NCBI GenBank assembly: GCA_963693045.1
Contig: OY843765.1
Location: forward strand, 122,831-186,830
DNA from: an uncultured Acidocella sp.
GTDB taxonomy: Bacteria > Pseudomonadota > Alphaproteobacteria > Acetobacterales > Acetobacteraceae
Direction: 5' to 3'
Length of the DNA stretch: 64,000 bases
Shown here piece by piece: positions 45,458 through 58,461 of the stretch. Both the position numbers and the translations under genes were made by a program. Positions within the stretch are counted from its first letter, which is position 1, and each line of letters begins with the position of its first letter. The notes under the pieces are model-generated. The model did not search any database. It was not told the origin of the DNA and saw nothing but the letters and a program-made list of their open reading frames with translations.

Positions 45458-46117
45458 TCAGCACCAGCCGGTCGCGCTTTGGCGCAGCACCGGGGTTGCG
45501 AAGGAGCTGACGATGCGATGGCCGGCCAGAGGCTCTTGCCAGCGCGCCGATTGCAACATGGACGCCGCCAGAACGACCGGCGCGATGCCGGCCCCGTTCA
45601 GCAGCGCCAGGCCGGCGGCCATCGAGGCGCCGCTGGAGATCACGTCGTCCAGCAGCGCCACCCGGCGGCCGGCCAGCAGCGGCAACATGCGCGGGTCGAT
45701 GTAGAGGCGTTTGCGTTGTTCCGGGGTGGTGATGGAAGAAAGCGGCACCGAGAGTTCCTCGGCGTACCAGAATTTCCGCGAGGTGCCGAGCGGGACATAG
45801 CGGGCGTGGCCGAGCTTTTGCGCCACCGCGCCGGCCAGCGTCAGGCCGAGGGTCGGCAGGCCGACAATGATCTCGGGCGCGTCAGCGTGGAGCTTTGCGG
45901 CAAGGTCGGTAGCCAGCGCGTCCAGCACAGCGAAGCTGGCCTGGTTGATGATCAACGAAACAAGCGCCTGCTGGCCGCCGGGCAGCGGGCGGATCGGCAG
46001 CCGTAACTGCCGCCCGTCGCCGAGCGCCACCACGAAGCCGCCATCGGCCGGTCCGGCGGGCAGGTGGCCGGGCGGGTGCAGCTCCTGCCAGAACTCGTGC
46101 GGTTGTAGTGGCGTCAA
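45458..46117 (-). CDS. phosphoribosyltransferase-family protein
   Basis: 219 aa with a PRPP-binding loop (VALLDDVISSGASM). The TTG start overlaps the xerC stop (TTGA). Confidence 0.75.
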   Translation of the reverse strand: MTPLQPHEFWQELHPPGHLPAGPADGGFVVALGDGRQLRLPIRPLPGGQQALVSLIINQASFAVLDALATDLAAKLHADAPEIIVGLPTLGLTLAGAVAQKLGHARYVPLGTSRKFWYAEELSVPLSSITTPEQRKRLYIDPRMLPLLAGRRVALLDDVISSGASMAAGLALLNGAGIAPVVLAASMLQSARWQEPLAGHRIVSSFATPVLRQSATGWC

Positions 46118-47016
46118 GCGCGGGGGTGGCTGCGGGCCCAGACTTCCATCAGCTGGGCGGTGTCGACATCGGTGTAACGCTGCGTGGTGGAGAGGCTGGC
46201 GTGGCCGAGCAGCTCCTGGATCGAGCGTAGATCGGCGCCGCCGGCCAGCAGATGGGTCGCGAAAGAGTGGCGCAGGGCGTGCGGCGTGGCGTGTTCCGGC
46301 AGGCCGTGCAGCCGGCGGAAGTCACGCAGCGACTTCTGCACCACCGCGGCATTCAGCCGCTTGCCGCGCGCCCCCAGGAACAGCGGCGCCTCCGGCACCG
46401 GGTTCGGGTGCAGCTTCAGCCAGACGGCCAGCGCCTCGCGCAACGCCGGCAGCAGCGGCACGATGCGCTGCTTGTTGCCCTTGCCGGTGACGCGCAGCGC
46501 GTCGTCGGCGGCCGGCAGGTCGCGCAGGTTCAGGGACAGCGCCTCGTCGATCCGCAGGCCGGCGCCGTACAGCAAACACATCAGCGCCTCGTCGCGAGCT
46601 TGCGCTGCCTCGGTGTCGCGCAATGCGCCGATGTCGCGGGTCACGGCGATCGCGTCCGCCGGCGCCAGCGCCTTCGGCAGCGGCCGTTTGGCGCGGGGGC
46701 GGGAGATCAGCGCCAGCGCCGTGGTCTGCACGCCGTGGCGCTGGTGCAGGAAGCGGAAGAAGGTTTTCACCGCCGAGAGCTTTTTGGCTCTGGTGGCGTT
46801 GCCGGCACCTGCCTTGGCTTCGTGCGCCAGCCAGGCCCGGACATCCACAGGCTTCAGGCCGGCGAGCGCCGCCGCGTTCGGCTCTTCCGCCAGGTGGTTG
46901 GCGAGGAAGCCGAGGAAGCCGGCGACATCCCGGCCGTAGGTCTCGACCGTCTTGGCCGCCGCCCGGCGCTCGGCCGTCAGCCAGGCCAGGAAGGCGAGGC
47001 GCAGCGCTTCAGCCAA
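46114..47016 (-). CDS. xerC: tyrosine site-specific recombinase XerC
   Basis: 300 aa with an N-terminal SAM-like core-binding domain. Catalytic region has [12 protein letters not shown]...[13 protein letters not shown]. Confidence 0.8.
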   Translation of the reverse strand: MAEALRLAFLAWLTAERRAAAKTVETYGRDVAGFLGFLANHLAEEPNAAALAGLKPVDVRAWLAHEAKAGAGNATRAKKLSAVKTFFRFLHQRHGVQTTALALISRPRAKRPLPKALAPADAIAVTRDIGALRDTEAAQARDEALMCLLYGAGLRIDEALSLNLRDLPAADDALRVTGKGNKQRIVPLLPALREALAVWLKLHPNPVPEAPLFLGARGKRLNAAVVQKSLRDFRRLHGLPEHATPHALRHSFATHLLAGGADLRSIQELLGHASLSTTQRYTDVDTAQLMEVWARSHPRA

Positions 47017-47108
47017 TGCTTTGCCCGGTCTTCGCCCGGTCGGCGGTATCGACGGAAAATTTCACGGGTGGTTTCCGGTCACGTGATGTCTGTGCGAAAC
47101 CATACAGC

Positions 47109-49091
47109 ATGGCGCAGACGAGTCGAAGCGGTCTGGTCTCGGTGTTGCTGCCGTACCCGTTCGACGCCGCGTTCACCTACGCCACGGACGCAACGCTGGC
47201 GGCGGGGACGCTGGTGCGGGTGCCGCTGGGGCCGCGCCTGGTGGTGGGCGTGGTGTGGGATGAGCCGGTGGACCAGACGGTGCGGGCCCGGCCGGTGGCG
47301 GAGGTGCTGGGGTTCCCGCCGCTGCCGGGGGAACTGCGGCGGTTCATCGACTGGGTGGCGGCCTATACGCTTGCCAGGCGGGGCGATGTGCTGGCGCTGG
47401 CGGTCAAGGCCAGTTTACTGGCGGTGCCAAAGCTGGCGCGCCAGGCGCCGGCCTTCGGTAAACCCGATCCGGACTGGCCGGGGCCTGTGCTCTCGGCGGC
47501 GCAGGAAACCGCCGCCGCGGCGCTACGGCAAGCCGTGGCGGCGCGGCGCTTTGGCGTGACGCTGCTGGACGGGGTGACCGGCTCCGGCAAGACGGAAGTT
47601 TACCTGGAGGCGGTGGCGGCGGCGCTGCGGGACGGCGGCCAGGCGCTGGTGCTGCTGCCGGAAATCGCCCTCTCCATCCAGTTCTTGCAGCGGTTCGAGC
47701 GGCGGTTCGGGGCGGCGCCGGCGGTGTGGCATTCGGAGCTGACGCCGGCGCTGCGGCGGCGGACCTTCCGGGCGGTGGCGGAGGGCGCGGCGCGGGTGGT
47801 GGTGGGGGCGCGTTCGGCGCTGTTCCTGCCGTTCCCGGACCTGCGGCTGATCGTGGTGGATGAGGAGCACGAGAGCGCCTTCAAGCAGGAGGACGGGGTG
47901 ATCTACCACGCCCGCGACATGGCGGTGGTGCGGGCCCGCCTTTCCGCCGCCGCCTGCGTGCTGGTCTCGGCGACGCCAAGCCTGGAGAGCGTGGAGAACG
48001 CCACCGCCGGGCGCTACGCCAGGCTGGACCTGCCGGCCCGGCATGGCGGGGCGCGCCTGCCGGTGGTGGCGGCGCTCGACCTGCGGGAGCAGCCGCCGGC
48101 GCGCGGGCGGTTTTTGAGCCCGGTGCTGATCGATGCGGTGCGGGAGACGCTGGGGCGGGGCGAGCAGGCGATGTTGTTCCTAAACCGCCGCGGTTACGCG
48201 CCGCTGACCTTGTGCCGGCATTGCGGGCACCGGATGGCGTGCCCGAACTGCACGGCCTGGCTGGTGGAGCACAAGTCGCACCGGCGGTTGATCTGCCACC
48301 ATTGCGAGCATGGCGAGGCGCTGCCGGTGGCCTGCTCGGCCTGCGACGCCAAGGAGAGCTTTGCGCCGATCGGGCCGGGGGTGGAGCGGATCGCCGAGGA
48401 GGCGGCGCTGGTGTTCCCGGAGGCGCGGGTGCTGACGATGGCGTCGGACGTTATTTCCGGGCCGAAAGAGGCGGCGGCGGCGGCGGAAGTGATATCAAAG
48501 GGGCAGGTTGATATCATCATCGGGACGCAGATGGTGGCCAAGGGTTGGCACTTCCCGATGCTCACTCTGGTCGGGGTGGTGGACGCCGATCTGGGCTTGA
48601 GCGGCGGCGATTTGCGGGCCGGGGAGCACACCGTGCAGATGCTGCACCAGGTGGCGGGGCGGGCCGGGCGGGCCGAGGCGCCGGGGCGGGTGCTGCTGCA
48701 GACCTACGCGCCGGAGCATCCGGTGATGGCGGCGCTGCTTTCCGGCAACCTCGCGGCGTTCATGGCGCAGGAGGCGGCGCAGCGGCGGCCGGGCCACTGG
48801 CCGCCCTTCGGGCGGCTGGCGGCGCTGATCGTGAGTGCCGCCGATGAGCGGGTGGCCGAGCAGGCGGCGCGGGCGCTGGCGCGGACGGCGCCGCGCGGGC
48901 CGGGGTTGCAGGTGCTGGGGCCGGCGCCGGCGCCGTTCGCGCTGCTGCGCGGCCGGCACCGGCGGCGGTTGTTGCTGAAGGCGGCGCGGGAGATTGCGGT
49001 GCAGCCGGTGCTGCGCGACTGGCTGGCGCGGGCCGACGTGCCGCGCGCGGCGCGGGTGGATGTGGATGTGGACCCGGTTTCGTTCATGTGA
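47109..49091 (+). CDS. priA: primosomal replication-restart helicase PriA
   Basis: 660 aa from ATG 47109. Walker [16 protein letters not shown]-type IVVDEEHE, Cys-rich zinc region ([17 protein letters not shown]...CHHCEH...CSACD). The upstream part of the track ORF (from 46623) was rejected. Confidence 0.9.
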   Translation: MAQTSRSGLVSVLLPYPFDAAFTYATDATLAAGTLVRVPLGPRLVVGVVWDEPVDQTVRARPVAEVLGFPPLPGELRRFIDWVAAYTLARRGDVLALAVKASLLAVPKLARQAPAFGKPDPDWPGPVLSAAQETAAAALRQAVAARRFGVTLLDGVTGSGKTEVYLEAVAAALRDGGQALVLLPEIALSIQFLQRFERRFGAAPAVWHSELTPALRRRTFRAVAEGAARVVVGARSALFLPFPDLRLIVVDEEHESAFKQEDGVIYHARDMAVVRARLSAAACVLVSATPSLESVENATAGRYARLDLPARHGGARLPVVAALDLREQPPARGRFLSPVLIDAVRETLGRGEQAMLFLNRRGYAPLTLCRHCGHRMACPNCTAWLVEHKSHRRLICHHCEHGEALPVACSACDAKESFAPIGPGVERIAEEAALVFPEARVLTMASDVISGPKEAAAAAEVISKGQVDIIIGTQMVAKGWHFPMLTLVGVVDADLGLSGGDLRAGEHTVQMLHQVAGRAGRAEAPGRVLLQTYAPEHPVMAALLSGNLAAFMAQEAAQRRPGHWPPFGRLAALIVSAADERVAEQAARALARTAPRGPGLQVLGPAPAPFALLRGRHRRRLLLKAAREIAVQPVLRDWLARADVPRAARVDVDVDPVSFM

Positions 49092-49100
49092 GACCGCGCT

Positions 49101-50033
49101 CTACTCGGCGTTCAAGGCACGGACCCGGTTGCGGCCGCCGTGTTTGGCGCCGTACAGGGCGGTGTCGGCGCGTTCCATCAGGCGTTGCAGGTTGTCGCCC
49201 TCGGTGAAGACGGTGACGCCGATGCTGACGGTGATGGAGACCGGCCCGGCCGGGGTTTCCACAGGGTGGCCGGCAACGGCGCGGCGCAGGCGCTCCGACA
49301 GGGCCTGGGCGTCCCACAGGCCGACCGAGGGCATGCAGACCGCGAACTCCTCGCCGCCGATGCGGGCCAGCATGTCGACGCGGCGGATGTTCTCGGTCAG
49401 GCGGTCGGCGGTGGCGAACAGCACGGCGTCCCCGATCAGGTGGCCGCGCTCGTCGTTGACTTTTTTGAAGTGGTCGATGTCGATCAAGGCGAGGCAGGGG
49501 CCGCGGGCGGCGGCGCGGCGGGTCTCGGCCGCTTCGATTTCCTCTTCCAGGCCGCGGATGAAGGCGCGGCGGTTGGGGATGCCGGTCAGCGTGTCGCGGT
49601 CGGCGATGTATTCCAGCTCGTCGAGCCGGCGTTTGTCCATGGTCACGTCGCGCTGGATGGCGGCGAAGTGGGTTATGGCGCCGGCCGTGTCCCGCAGCGG
49701 GAAGATGCGCAGGTCCAGCCAGTACGGCGCGCCGCATTTGGCGAAGTTGAGGATTTTTTCGTGGATGCTGCCGCCGGCGCGCAAGGTGGTGCCGATCAGG
49801 TCCAGCGTGGCGCGGCTGGTGCCGGGGCCCTGCAGGATGCGGGGGGTCTGGCCGATGGCCTCCTCGGCGCCGTGGCCGGTTAGTTTGGTAAAGGCGGGGT
49901 TAACGTAAACGATTGTCGGGCCGGGGGGTTCGAGGTCCGGGGTGGTGACGATGACGATGTCGTTGGCGCTTTCCGCGATCTGCCGGAAGGCGAGGTTGGC
50001 GAGGGGTGGGGGAGGGGTGCTCGAGGGCGGCAT
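49101..50033 (-). CDS. PAS-domain diguanylate cyclase (GGDEF)
   Basis: 310 aa. N-terminal PAS (IVYVNPAFTKLTGH) and a GGDEF domain (IDIDHFKKVNDERGH...RIGGEEFAV). Confidence 0.85.
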   Translation of the reverse strand: MPPSSTPPPPLANLAFRQIAESANDIVIVTTPDLEPPGPTIVYVNPAFTKLTGHGAEEAIGQTPRILQGPGTSRATLDLIGTTLRAGGSIHEKILNFAKCGAPYWLDLRIFPLRDTAGAITHFAAIQRDVTMDKRRLDELEYIADRDTLTGIPNRRAFIRGLEEEIEAAETRRAAARGPCLALIDIDHFKKVNDERGHLIGDAVLFATADRLTENIRRVDMLARIGGEEFAVCMPSVGLWDAQALSERLRRAVAGHPVETPAGPVSITVSIGVTVFTEGDNLQRLMERADTALYGAKHGGRNRVRALNAE

Positions 50034-50161
50034 GGGTTGAGCTTGGCGACCTCATCGATGGGACGATCTTGCCGGAGAAGACGATGAACGGCCGGCCAAG
50101 GCAATGGGGTGGTTCTAGCGGGGCAACCTTTAAGAATTGGTGGAGGGGGGTGGGTTGTTGG

Positions 50162-50407
50162 TTATTCGTCCGGCGTTGATCGGGCGTTTGCGTCGTCCCG
50201 GTCGAACTTGAAGTCGGCGGGCAAGCGGCCCCGGAAGGTGCGGAGGCGCGCCAGGAGGTCGTTGCGGCTGGGCTTGCGGGATATGCCGAAGGTGGTGGCG
50301 TCGGCGACGTGGATTTCGATCTCGTCGCCTTCTTTCAACGCAAGTGCTTCGACCGCGGCGGCGGGGAGACGGATTGCGAGGCTGTTGCCCCATTTGGCGA
50401 CTTTCAT
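50162..50407 (-). CDS. AbrB/MazE/SpoVT-family antitoxin-like DNA-binding protein (no partner toxin gene)
   Basis: 81 aa. MKVAKWGNSLAIRLPAAAVEALALKEGDEIEI is the swapped-hairpin antitoxin signature. AGGAG lies 7 nt upstream of the ATG. Confidence 0.85.
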   Translation of the reverse strand: MKVAKWGNSLAIRLPAAAVEALALKEGDEIEIHVADATTFGISRKPSRNDLLARLRTFRGRLPADFKFDRDDANARSTPDE

Positions 50408-50813
50408 GGACGACTCCTGCAGACAGAAATTTCAGATGTTAGAAATTGTCGGCTGATGCAACTCTTTCCAACACGGCCGAAAACCGCAATAGGCAGCGCA
50501 TTGCTCACCCATCCTTCCATTGGTGGCTTGTGCTCATCCAAAAGTTCATTGGCTTTATTCCGCAAGGCAAGACTCGATGTGGTGAATAACGACGCAGGCT
50601 GCAATCTTTTGCCCGTGTTGCCCGACTTCTCAATATACCGCGCGTCATCTTGCAGCCCGGCGCTCCTTTTGATAACGTTCCTTATTGGCTGAGCCGGCCA
50701 TGCCGTCCACAATGGCGAAGCCTCCGGGCAGGAACTCGATCTCACCCTTTCACCTCTTCTAGGTGTGACGGGCTAAGTGGACACGCTCATCTAGACACCG
50801 ATGGAGAGCAGCT

Positions 50814-51755
50814 GTGAGAATCCGATTTTCTAATATGAAACGCCCAAAAGCGGCTGCTAAGCAGCTTGTACAGGTAAACCCAAGCGTAAAACTTTCGACG
50901 GCCCAAGAGGCAGTGGCTTCTGCAGCGGGCTATCGAGATTGGCATGAACTCTCTGTAAGCCTTGAAGATACGGAGAGCGGCGACCTGCCTGCATCGCCTT
51001 TGATCCATTTAATATCTAGGCTGGGCAGTGATTTAGGAATGTTGTTCGGCGACGTTCAATATGCGCTCACAAAAGCGCGATTTATTGAAAACCTCTTAAC
51101 GCTGGAGATGCAGTTCGGCCTCCGAGCTAGAGCCTTTAGAGAATTTGTATTTGGAGAAGCGGGGCGCGGGAAGCCAGGAACAGTTGTTAAATCAAAAGCC
51201 CGAAGCCTTTCTGGTCAAATCAAAGCGGGTTCTATGGGCTACTTGCTTCCTAAAACCGATAGATATCGACAGGTCTTAAGAGTTCTATTCCGCGATGGCA
51301 TCTGTAGTTTAGCAGACTTCGAGGTTGCCACGCCCCGGACGCAACTACCCGACTTCTTACCGGCTCGGCTTTGGCTACCATACGGATATTGGACGCTTCA
51401 CGATGCATCTATCGTGATTTATAATAGAGATTATCTGCCGTTGTGGCATGTTTCCTCGACAGGAAACATCACGCGTCCAGAGCCTTGGTACTGGATCAAC
51501 GGCATAAACCAAAACTTCAATTTCTCAGAACACAGTGGTACCTCTGGAATATGGAGTTCAGGGCGCGCCCACGATTCCGCAGTATGCTTTCTTAGAAATC
51601 ATCGAGTGCTAGGACTCCCACGTACTGTTGAAGCGTTTCCATATCTTTTCGAGCCTGGGGTAGAGTCTGTGAAATACGCGGTGCAACTTCTTCAAGAGAG
51701 ATGGAGGCATCAAGGGGATGTCCCAAGCTATGCCAGCGAGCGAAGCCAATTCTAA
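50814..51755 (+). CDS. orphan hypothetical protein on a low-GC islet
   Basis: 313 aa. GTG start lies 5 nt after GGAGAG (alternative ATG at 50835). About 42-43% G+C in hand-counted lines, versus ~67% in the flanks. No family recognised. Confidence 0.5.
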   Translation: MRIRFSNMKRPKAAAKQLVQVNPSVKLSTAQEAVASAAGYRDWHELSVSLEDTESGDLPASPLIHLISRLGSDLGMLFGDVQYALTKARFIENLLTLEMQFGLRARAFREFVFGEAGRGKPGTVVKSKARSLSGQIKAGSMGYLLPKTDRYRQVLRVLFRDGICSLADFEVATPRTQLPDFLPARLWLPYGYWTLHDASIVIYNRDYLPLWHVSSTGNITRPEPWYWINGINQNFNFSEHSGTSGIWSSGRAHDSAVCFLRNHRVLGLPRTVEAFPYLFEPGVESVKYAVQLLQERWRHQGDVPSYASERSQF

Positions 51756-51883
51756 GGAACGCTGTCGATGAAAAGACGTGGATGCCTGCCTGCGCCGGCA
51801 TGACATGATGGGGGCGGAGGGATGTGCGTAGGGAAGAAAATTGTTTTTGACCGGATTGGCGAGGGCAGCCCGTGGCCTGAAGT

Positions 51884-51922
51884 CCTGGGGTTCGGGGCCT
51901 CTCGGCCCCGGCCGCCGGAGGC
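51884..51922 (+). repeat. GC-rich hairpin repeat (GGGGCC-N4-GGCCCC type), copy 1, just downstream of atpC
   Basis: The sequence is cctggggttcGGGGCCtctcGGCCCCggccgccggaggc. Its stem is 51893-51899 paired with 51904-51910. It is near-identical to the reverse complement of 53795-53833. Confidence 0.75.
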
Positions 51923-51924
51923 TC

Positions 51925-52332
51925 TTAATTGGCGTTTACGCTATCCACCATCGCCTGCGCCGAGATGAGTTTGTCGGTGGCTTCGATGTAGGCGGCGCGG
52001 TCGGTGTTGTCGGTGGCGTTGTAGTCGGCTTCGGCTTTGGTCAGGGCTTCCTGGGCGGTGGTGGGGTTCAGGTCGGATTGTTTGGTGATGCTGTCGGCCA
52101 GGACCGAGCAGCGGTCTTCGGTGACTTCCGCGAAGCCGCCGGTGACGAAATAGCGTTCGGTGCGGGCGCCGTTTTCGTAGAGGTCGACCAGGCCGCCGCG
52201 CAGGCCGGTGATGAGTTTGGCGTGGCCGGGCAGGATGCCGAGGTCGCCCTCGGTGCCGGGGATCACCACCATCTCCACGTCCCGCGCCAGCAGCAGGCGT
52301 TCCGGGCTAATGATCTCTAGCGCGACCGGCAT
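51925..52332 (-). CDS. atpC: F1 ATP synthase epsilon subunit
   Basis: 135 aa with typical epsilon sequence. Last gene of the atpHAGDC order. Confidence 0.95.
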   Translation of the reverse strand: MPVALEIISPERLLLARDVEMVVIPGTEGDLGILPGHAKLITGLRGGLVDLYENGARTERYFVTGGFAEVTEDRCSVLADSITKQSDLNPTTAQEALTKAEADYNATDNTDRAAYIEATDKLISAQAMVDSVNAN

Positions 52333-52335
52333 GGA

Positions 52336-53835
<1,500 letters not shown>

Positions 53836-53992
53836 TTAGGGACCTGGGTTGGCCACTCGGAGAGTGGAGGCTGGTGAAGAAGTTGACTGCGCTTCGCGCG
53901 GGGGCGGCACTGTTCGTCGCCCAACCGCGCCGCAGGCACAGGAATTTTGTTTCACTCCCAACTCCATCAGCGGCCAACCCAAAGCCCAAACT

Positions 53993-54046
53993 CATTGGGG
54001 TCTGGGGCCTCTCGGCCCCAGCGGGGTGCAGGGGCGGCGCCCCTGC
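53993..54046 (+). repeat. GC-rich hairpin repeat, copy 3, plus a second palindrome, in the atpG-atpD spacer
   Basis: The sequence is cattggggtCTGGGGCCtctcGGCCCCAGcgggg, with stem 54002-54009 paired with 54014-54021. It is followed by GCAGGGGCG-g-CGCCCCTGC (54028-54046). Confidence 0.75.
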
Positions 54047-54060
54047 TACTTCCTTGCACT

Positions 54061-54945
54061 TCACGATACCGCCTCCGCTCCGGAGATGATTTCGATCAGC
54101 TCCTTGGTGATGTTGGCCTGGCGGGCGCGGTTGTAGTTCAGGGAGAGGCGTTTGATCATGTCGCCGGCGTTGCGGGTGGCGCTGTCCATCGCGGTCATTT
54201 GCGCGGCTTGGAAGCCGGCGTTGTTTTCCAGGAGTGCCGCGTAGATCTGCACGGCGATGTTGCGGGGCAGCAGGCGGTCCAGCAGGGTGCCGTCATCGGG
54301 TTCGATTTCGTAATCGGTGGCGTTGATGGCGGTGTTGTCGTTGGCGGTGGGGGGTGCGGCCGGGATCAGCGGGGTTTCGGAGACGACCTGCAGCATGACC
54401 GACTGGAAGCGGTTGAAGACCAAGGTGGCGACGTCGAACTCGTTGTTGCGGAACATTTTGATGATGGTGTCGGCGATGCCGAGGGCGTCGGTGAATTCGA
54501 TGCTGCGGCGGCCGACGAAGTTGACGTTGCCGGCGAGGCGGTCGGCCAGGTCGCGGCGGAAATAGTCGTGGCCCTTGCGGCCGACGGCGAGGATTTTGAC
54601 GGTTTTGCCCTGTTCGAGCAGGCGGCGGGCGGAGGCGCGGACGGAGCGGCCGATATTGGAGTTGAAGGCGCCGGCGAGGCCACGGTCGGCGGTGACGGCG
54701 ACCAGGAGGTGGGTGTCGTCCCGGCCGTTGCCGACGAGGAGGGCCGGGGCGTTCGGGTTTTCGGCGGCGCCGGCGGCCAGGGCGGACATCATCTCGGCCA
54801 TGCGGCGGGCGTACGGGCGGGAGGCTTCCGCCTGGGCCTGGGCGCGGCGCAGTTTCGCGGCCGCGACCATCTTCATGGCGCTGGTGATCTTTTGCGTCGA
54901 TTTGACGCTATTGATCCGGTTCCGGAGAATCTTCAGGCTAGGCAC
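54061..54945 (-). CDS. atpG: F1 ATP synthase gamma subunit
   Basis: 294 aa with a typical gamma N-terminus (MPSLKILRNRINSVKSTQKITSAMKMVAAAKLRRAQ). Confidence 0.95.
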   Translation of the reverse strand: MPSLKILRNRINSVKSTQKITSAMKMVAAAKLRRAQAQAEASRPYARRMAEMMSALAAGAAENPNAPALLVGNGRDDTHLLVAVTADRGLAGAFNSNIGRSVRASARRLLEQGKTVKILAVGRKGHDYFRRDLADRLAGNVNFVGRRSIEFTDALGIADTIIKMFRNNEFDVATLVFNRFQSVMLQVVSETPLIPAAPPTANDNTAINATDYEIEPDDGTLLDRLLPRNIAVQIYAALLENNAGFQAAQMTAMDSATRNAGDMIKRLSLNYNRARQANITKELIEIISGAEAVS

Positions 54946-54948
54946 GGA

Positions 54949-56481
<1,533 letters not shown>

Positions 56482-56482
56482 G

Positions 56483-57046
56483 TCAGGCAGCTCCCTTGAG
56501 AGAATAGGTCAGGCGCTCCAGGCGGGAGCGCAACGTGGTGTCGTAGAGTTTGGCGCCGATTTTCACCGACAGGCCGCCGAGCACGGCCGGGTCCACCGCT
56601 TCGCGCAGGTTGACGCGGCCGTAACCGGCCTCGGTGAGACGGGCCCGCAGCTGGTTGCGTTGCAGGTCCGAGAGCGGATGCGCCGAGGTGATGTCGGCGA
56701 TCAGTTCGCCTCGCTTGGCCGCGACATGGGCGGCGAAGCCGCGGATCAGCGCCGGCAGGTCGGCGGCGCGGCGGTTGGCGAGGGCGACCTGCACGAAGTT
56801 GCGGACCAGGGCGGAGAAGCCTTGCGCCTGCAGGGCCTGGTTCAGGACCGGGCCGGCCTTGGCGATGTCGGTCAGGCGGTTGGCGAGCAGACGGCGCAGC
56901 GGCTCGCTCTCATCGAGCAGCCGGCCGAGCGATGCCATTTCGTCGATCGTGGCGTCCAACCGGTTCTGGCCGAAGGCGGCATCGTATAACGCCTGCGCGT
57001 AGCGCGCGGCGAAACCGCTTTCGTGGGTGTCGGGTGTGTCGGCCAA
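56483..57046 (-). CDS. atpH: F1 ATP synthase delta (OSCP) subunit
   Basis: 187 aa, OSCP-like. First gene of the atpHAGDC block. Confidence 0.9.
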   Translation of the reverse strand: MADTPDTHESGFAARYAQALYDAAFGQNRLDATIDEMASLGRLLDESEPLRRLLANRLTDIAKAGPVLNQALQAQGFSALVRNFVQVALANRRAADLPALIRGFAAHVAAKRGELIADITSAHPLSDLQRNQLRARLTEAGYGRVNLREAVDPAVLGGLSVKIGAKLYDTTLRSRLERLTYSLKGAA

Positions 57047-57158
57047 TTCTGTGCTCGCCTGTGAGTCGTTTTTGGTCGCGAACCCCTCTCAGGGCCGCGG
57101 CGGGGCAGTAACATAGGCACTACCCCGGTGCAACGCACGTGCAGTGGTCGATGGCCCC

Positions 57159-57956
57159 TCAGGCCAGTGTGTCGATGACGCCGCCGTCAACGCGCAGGGC
57201 TGCGCCGGTGGTGGCGGAGGCTTGGGGCGAGCAGGCATAAACCACCATGTTGGCGACTTCCTCCACCGAGGCGGCGCGGCCGATGATCGAACTGGGGCGA
57301 AACGCCTTGACGAAAGCGGAAGCGGCCTGTTCGACCGATCCGCCGTGCTTTTCGGTCTCGTCCTTCAGCATCGCCGCCACACCTTCGGTCAGGGTCGGGC
57401 CCGGCAGCACGGCATTGACCGTGACGCCGCTGCCGTTGGCCAGCTTGGCCAGGCCGCGCGAGATGGCCAGCACGGCGGTCTTGGTGAAGCCGTAATGCAG
57501 CATCGGGGCCGGGACGTTGAGGGCGGATTCCGAGGAGAGGAAGACGATCCGGCCCCAGCCGCGCGCCATCATCGCCTCCAGATAGGCCCGGGACAGCCGG
57601 ACCCCGGACATCACGTTAGTCTCGAAGAACCTGGTCCAGTCCTCATCCGGGATGTCGAAGAAGTCCTTCATCTCGAAGATGCCGAGGTTGTTGACCAGGA
57701 TGTCGGGCGCCGGTTCGGCCTTGACCAAAGCGGCGCAGCCGGCGGCGGTGGCGAGGTCGCCGGCGACGCCGCGCAGGGTGGCGGCCGGGGTTTTGGCCCG
57801 GATCGCGGCGATCGCCCGGTCCACCTTGGCCTGGGTGCGGCCGGTGACGACGACCGCGGCGCCGGCGGCGGCGAGGCCGGCGGCGATGCCGTGGCCGATC
57901 CCTTCGGTCGAGCCGGTGACGATTGCGGTTTTGCCGGACAGGTCGATTTGCATCAT
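57159..57956 (-). CDS. short-chain dehydrogenase/reductase (SDR)
   Basis: About 265 aa from the ATGATG at 57956/57953, preceded by GGAGG. TGSTEGIGHGIA cofactor motif and catalytic YGFTK. The track ORF extension to 58340 was rejected. Confidence 0.85.
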   Translation of the reverse strand: MMQIDLSGKTAIVTGSTEGIGHGIAAGLAAAGAAVVVTGRTQAKVDRAIAAIRAKTPAATLRGVAGDLATAAGCAALVKAEPAPDILVNNLGIFEMKDFFDIPDEDWTRFFETNVMSGVRLSRAYLEAMMARGWGRIVFLSSESALNVPAPMLHYGFTKTAVLAISRGLAKLANGSGVTVNAVLPGPTLTEGVAAMLKDETEKHGGSVEQAASAFVKAFRPSSIIGRAASVEEVANMVVYACSPQASATTGAALRVDGGVIDTLA

Positions 57957-58010
57957 TAGCCTCCTTGCTGACCGGCTCCATATGGGGGCCGGTCGAAGGG
58001 GAGGCAAAGA

Positions 58011-58331
58011 GTGACGCACGCGATCGATGTGGTGCTTTCGGTGATTTTGCTGCTGTGCGGGCTGGTGCTTTCGGCGGTCGGCTTTGTCGATGCGTTTCTG
58101 GCCGCCTTGATGACCAAGGCCGGGATCGGCGGGCAGGCGCAGACGCTGATTTTGGTTGTGGTCGCGGTACTGCTGGTGGTTGCCGTGCTGCGGCGGTTGG
58201 GTGGGGTGTTCGGCGGCCTGCTGGTGATCCTGCTGTTCTTGTTGGTGTTGCGCTGGGCGATGCCGGGCCTGCACGTGCCGGCGGCGCGGCTGCCGGCTGG
58301 CTGGCAACATTTCGGCGCCGTCCAAACCTGA
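58011..58331 (+). CDS. small hydrophobic membrane protein, unknown function
   Basis: 106 aa. GTG start follows GGGGAGG. Three hydrophobic helices (VLSVILLLCGLVLSAVGFV, LILVVVAVLLVVAVL, LLVILLFLLVL). Confidence 0.5.
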   Translation: MTHAIDVVLSVILLLCGLVLSAVGFVDAFLAALMTKAGIGGQAQTLILVVVAVLLVVAVLRRLGGVFGGLLVILLFLLVLRWAMPGLHVPAARLPAGWQHFGAVQT

Positions 58332-58461
58332 AAACGGCATGTAAGTCTATTCATCAACGGTTTGTACGGCGTGGCTTAAAATCCTCAGTCGGCAAACCAC
58401 TTATGAAAAACGAACCAACCTGGTTCCGGGAGAGCCGTAAAGCAATGGAGCCTGGAAGCAG

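Noticed and set aside
49880-50104. 74-aa ORF downstream of the antitoxin (…VHRLLRQDRPIDEVAKLNP…) that faintly recalls a VapC N-terminus.
   Set aside because: No LDTNV-type PIN motif and no acidic catalytic residues are recognisable. Most of it overlaps the GGDEF gene out of frame, and the similarity is too weak to call a pseudogene.
50404-50745. 113-aa minus-strand ORF whose stop overlaps the AbrB antitoxin start by ATGA. It could be an upstream toxin.
   Set aside because: The Ser/Arg-rich, non-globular-looking translation resembles no toxin family. AbrB/MazE antitoxins normally precede their toxins. An equally long ORF lies on the opposite strand (50309..50692), so this is probably chance. 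It is left as a low-probability candidate only.
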